DNA of 63,989 bases, the filler included, from Archaeoglobus sp. JdFR-37 (GTDB lineage: Archaea > Halobacteriota > Archaeoglobi > Archaeoglobales > Archaeoglobaceae), in assembly GCA_002010215.1 (NCBI GenBank). It is 5 parts of 4 records of this genome, joined end to end, with 100 filler letters (N's around TTAATTAATTAA, not from the genome) between each part and the next. Parts side by side here need not be neighbours in the genome. Positions count along the whole stretch, not along the records: positions 61,022 to 63,989 come from MTMY01000045.1; 4 more parts are not named here. One strand, 5' to 3'. How positions within the stretch are numbered: the stretch's first letter is position 1; each line of letters starts with the position of its first letter. Under the pieces are notes generated by a model, which worked only from the letters and a program-made list of their open reading frames with translations, was not told where the DNA came from and did no database searches. Positions 62,034 through 63,989 of this stretch are shown here, piece by piece. Both the position numbers and the translations under genes were made by a program.

Positions 62034-63989
62034 ATGTGGATCTTTGATGTTTACGCTAAAGGCAACAACATACATCTATGGATCCGGAAAGGAGATAGGG
62101 TTAGAAAGGATGAAGTAAAGTATCCGGGATTCTTCTACCTACACCTTCCAGATCCTTCACTNTATTCAGAGATGATCGAAAGCATTGAAACCCGATATAG
62201 AGTTNAAGAATGCAATTTCAGAACAATCTATGGCTTGTTAGANGGATACAGGATTTACGCAGGCAGGAAAGTGGCGGAGCAGATTGAAATGCAAACGAAG
62301 TTGTCAGCAAAGCTGTACAATGTCGATGTAAGACTTGAGCAGAGGTTTTTAGCAGAGAAAGAGATGTTCGCATGTGGATATGTTGGGGAAGGATATGCGT
62401 CGAGGTTCAAGCCCGATTTTGATTTGCCCTGNATCATACTCGATGTGGAAACAAAGCTTTCCAGAGGATTGGATTCAATAAAGGAGTTTGCAGTAAGATT
62501 TACAGTTGACGGAGACGCAAAGGAGCTAAGATTTACATCAACATCTTCAAACGAGAAAGAATTGCTCTCAGATCTCTTTGCTCTTATTGAGGAGATTAAT
62601 CCCGATGTGATACTCTTCAGCATGGCAGATCTTCTGATGGAGAGGATAATCAGGAAATCAGAGGAATACAATTTGAATAATCCAATAAGCAGAACCGGAA
62701 GATTCAGAAAACTTGCATCGAAATCTTACTGGAGTTATGGAAAAGCAAGATACAGGGAGAAGGCACTTTTGCCTGAGGGCAGGATCCTGATTGATAAAAC
62801 ATGTTTCAACTTCAGGGAAGGTGGTTTGAAGGGAATACTGCTGGCTTCCCGTCTTACGGGCTTATCACCCAATATAACTGCAAGATTCACACCCGGAACG
62901 CTAATCTCATCTTATGAAGTTTACGAGGCTTTAAGACAGGGGATAGCTGTTCCCTTCAGAAAGAGTGATGTTGAAAGGCAGAAGACCTTCAAAGAGCTTA
63001 AAAAGGTTGACAGAGGCGGTATGATATTCCAGCCAGAGCCCGGAGTTTACGAGAAAGTCTATCAACTGGATTTCACCTCCATGTATCCATCGATTATAGT
63101 TAGATACAACCTGTCCCCTGANACTGTAGAGGTTCAGGGTAATGATAACTGGAATTCCTCCGAGGATTTTCATAAACCCCTTAAACCCGGTTTTCTTCCC
63201 TCAGCCATCAAACCCCTGCTTGAATTAAGAATAAGAACTAAGAAACTCAAGAAGGTGAATTCAGACTACGAAGGAATGGATTCAATGCTTAAGTGGTTGC
63301 TTGTAACCTGCTTCGGATACACAGGCTACAGAAATGCAAAGTTTGGGAGAATAGAAGTACACGAGTCGATAAACAGGAATGCAAGGGAGATTTTACTTGA
63401 AACAAAAGAACTGGCTGAAGATATGGGCTTTGAAGTCATACACGGCATAGTCGACTGCTTGTGGCTTAAAAACCGAGATGATACATGTGGCGATGAGATA
63501 TATGAACTCAAATATGAGGTTGAAAGGAGGACGGGATTGCTCACTGAACTGGATCTCTACGACTGGATCATCTTCCTGCCAATGAGTGATGGATTTGGAG
63601 CATACAATCGCTACTACGGAAGGTTGAAGGATGGGAAAATGAAGCTGAGGGGTATAGCTGCGAGGAGGAGAGACACACCATCCTACATTCGAAAAATGCA
63701 GCTTGATATCCTTGACATTCTCTCTAAGGCAAAAAACAGAGATGAGATAGCTAATTTGGGAAATGAGCTGGAGAGGATATATCTTAAATATAAAGAGGAC
63801 CTTCGCCATGCGAGTTTAGAGGAGTTCGTAATCAGGAAGGTCATCGGAAAAACAAATTACAGCAGAAGATGCCCTGAAGCTTACCTGATGAATTACTGCA
63901 AAAGGAAAGGCATACAGATTCAGCCGGGTTTGGAAGTAGGTTATGTCGTTCTCGATTCGAGAAGGTGGGTTGTGATTCCTGAATGGGAA
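62034..63989 (+). CDS. polB2: Family B DNA polymerase, PolB2 group (3'-partial)
   Basis: Hand-translated frame of 652 codons open to the window end apart from ambiguous codons: SYWSYG, DRGGMIF.P, motif A DFTSMYPSII, motif B LKWLLVTCFGYTG, motif C HGIVDCLW; not in the ORF track. Confidence 0.9.
   Translation, partial: MWIFDVYAKGNNIHLWIRKGDRVRKDEVKYPGFFYLHLPDPSXYSEMIESIETRYRVXECNFRTIYGLLXGYRIYAGRKVAEQIEMQTKLSAKLYNVDVRLEQRFLAEKEMFACGYVGEGYASRFKPDFDLPXIILDVETKLSRGLDSIKEFAVRFTVDGDAKELRFTSTSSNEKELLSDLFALIEEINPDVILFSMADLLMERIIRKSEEYNLNNPISRTGRFRKLASKSYWSYGKARYREKALLPEGRILIDKTCFNFREGGLKGILLASRLTGLSPNITARFTPGTLISSYEVYEALRQGIAVPFRKSDVERQKTFKELKKVDRGGMIFQPEPGVYEKVYQLDFTSMYPSIIVRYNLSPXTVEVQGNDNWNSSEDFHKPLKPGFLPSAIKPLLELRIRTKKLKKVNSDYEGMDSMLKWLLVTCFGYTGYRNAKFGRIEVHESINRNAREILLETKELAEDMGFEVIHGIVDCLWLKNRDDTCGDEIYELKYEVERRTGLLTELDLYDWIIFLPMSDGFGAYNRYYGRLKDGKMKLRGIAARRRDTPSYIRKMQLDILDILSKAKNRDEIANLGNELERIYLKYKEDLRHASLEEFVIRKVIGKTNYSRRCPEAYLMNYCKRKGIQIQPGLEVGYVVLDSRRWVVIPEWE

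Noticed and set aside
62034..63989. PolB as a casposon or viral polymerase linked to the tRNA-adjacent element
   Set aside because: Motifs and neighbours are PolB2-type, no cas1 or TIR is seen, and it is on a different contig
1..63989. CRISPR array, rRNA or C/D-box sRNA
   Set aside because: No repeat-spacer periodicity, rRNA sequence or convincing paired C/D boxes seen by eye

Overview
Archaeal DNA, most consistent with a thermophilic Archaeoglobi-type genome: reverse gyrase, archaeal histone, thermosome, aIF2-gamma, TYW1 and beta-oxidation genes. The window is five contigs joined by artificial 100-bp N spacers carrying a TTAATTAATTAA linker (9728-9827, 15096-15195, 44656-44755, 60922-61021), so adjacency across those gaps means nothing. 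Most of it is core or metabolic genes. Four things stand out. (1) An identical 97-bp sequence, carrying the apparent 3' end of an ORF, begins at the first base after two different tRNA genes (Ile-GAT and Val-CAC), and the assembly breaks inside it both times. This suggests a multicopy element that targets tRNA 3' ends. (2) A bacterial-type tRNA-guanine transglycosylase with a GGSLG pocket motif lies near two YhhQ/QPTR transporters, a candidate queuine-salvage system in an archaeon. (3) A cysteate synthase-comDE operon (coenzyme M biosynthesis) sits beside the sulfide/homocysteine assimilation cluster. (4) A PolB2 three-gene cassette, whose polymerase is missing from the ORF track, carries ambiguous bases mostly at third codon positions. 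There is also a frameshifted secreted S1 protease pseudogene, a DUF365-like remnant and several small ORFs absent from the ORF track. All family assignments come from motif recognition; no searches were run.
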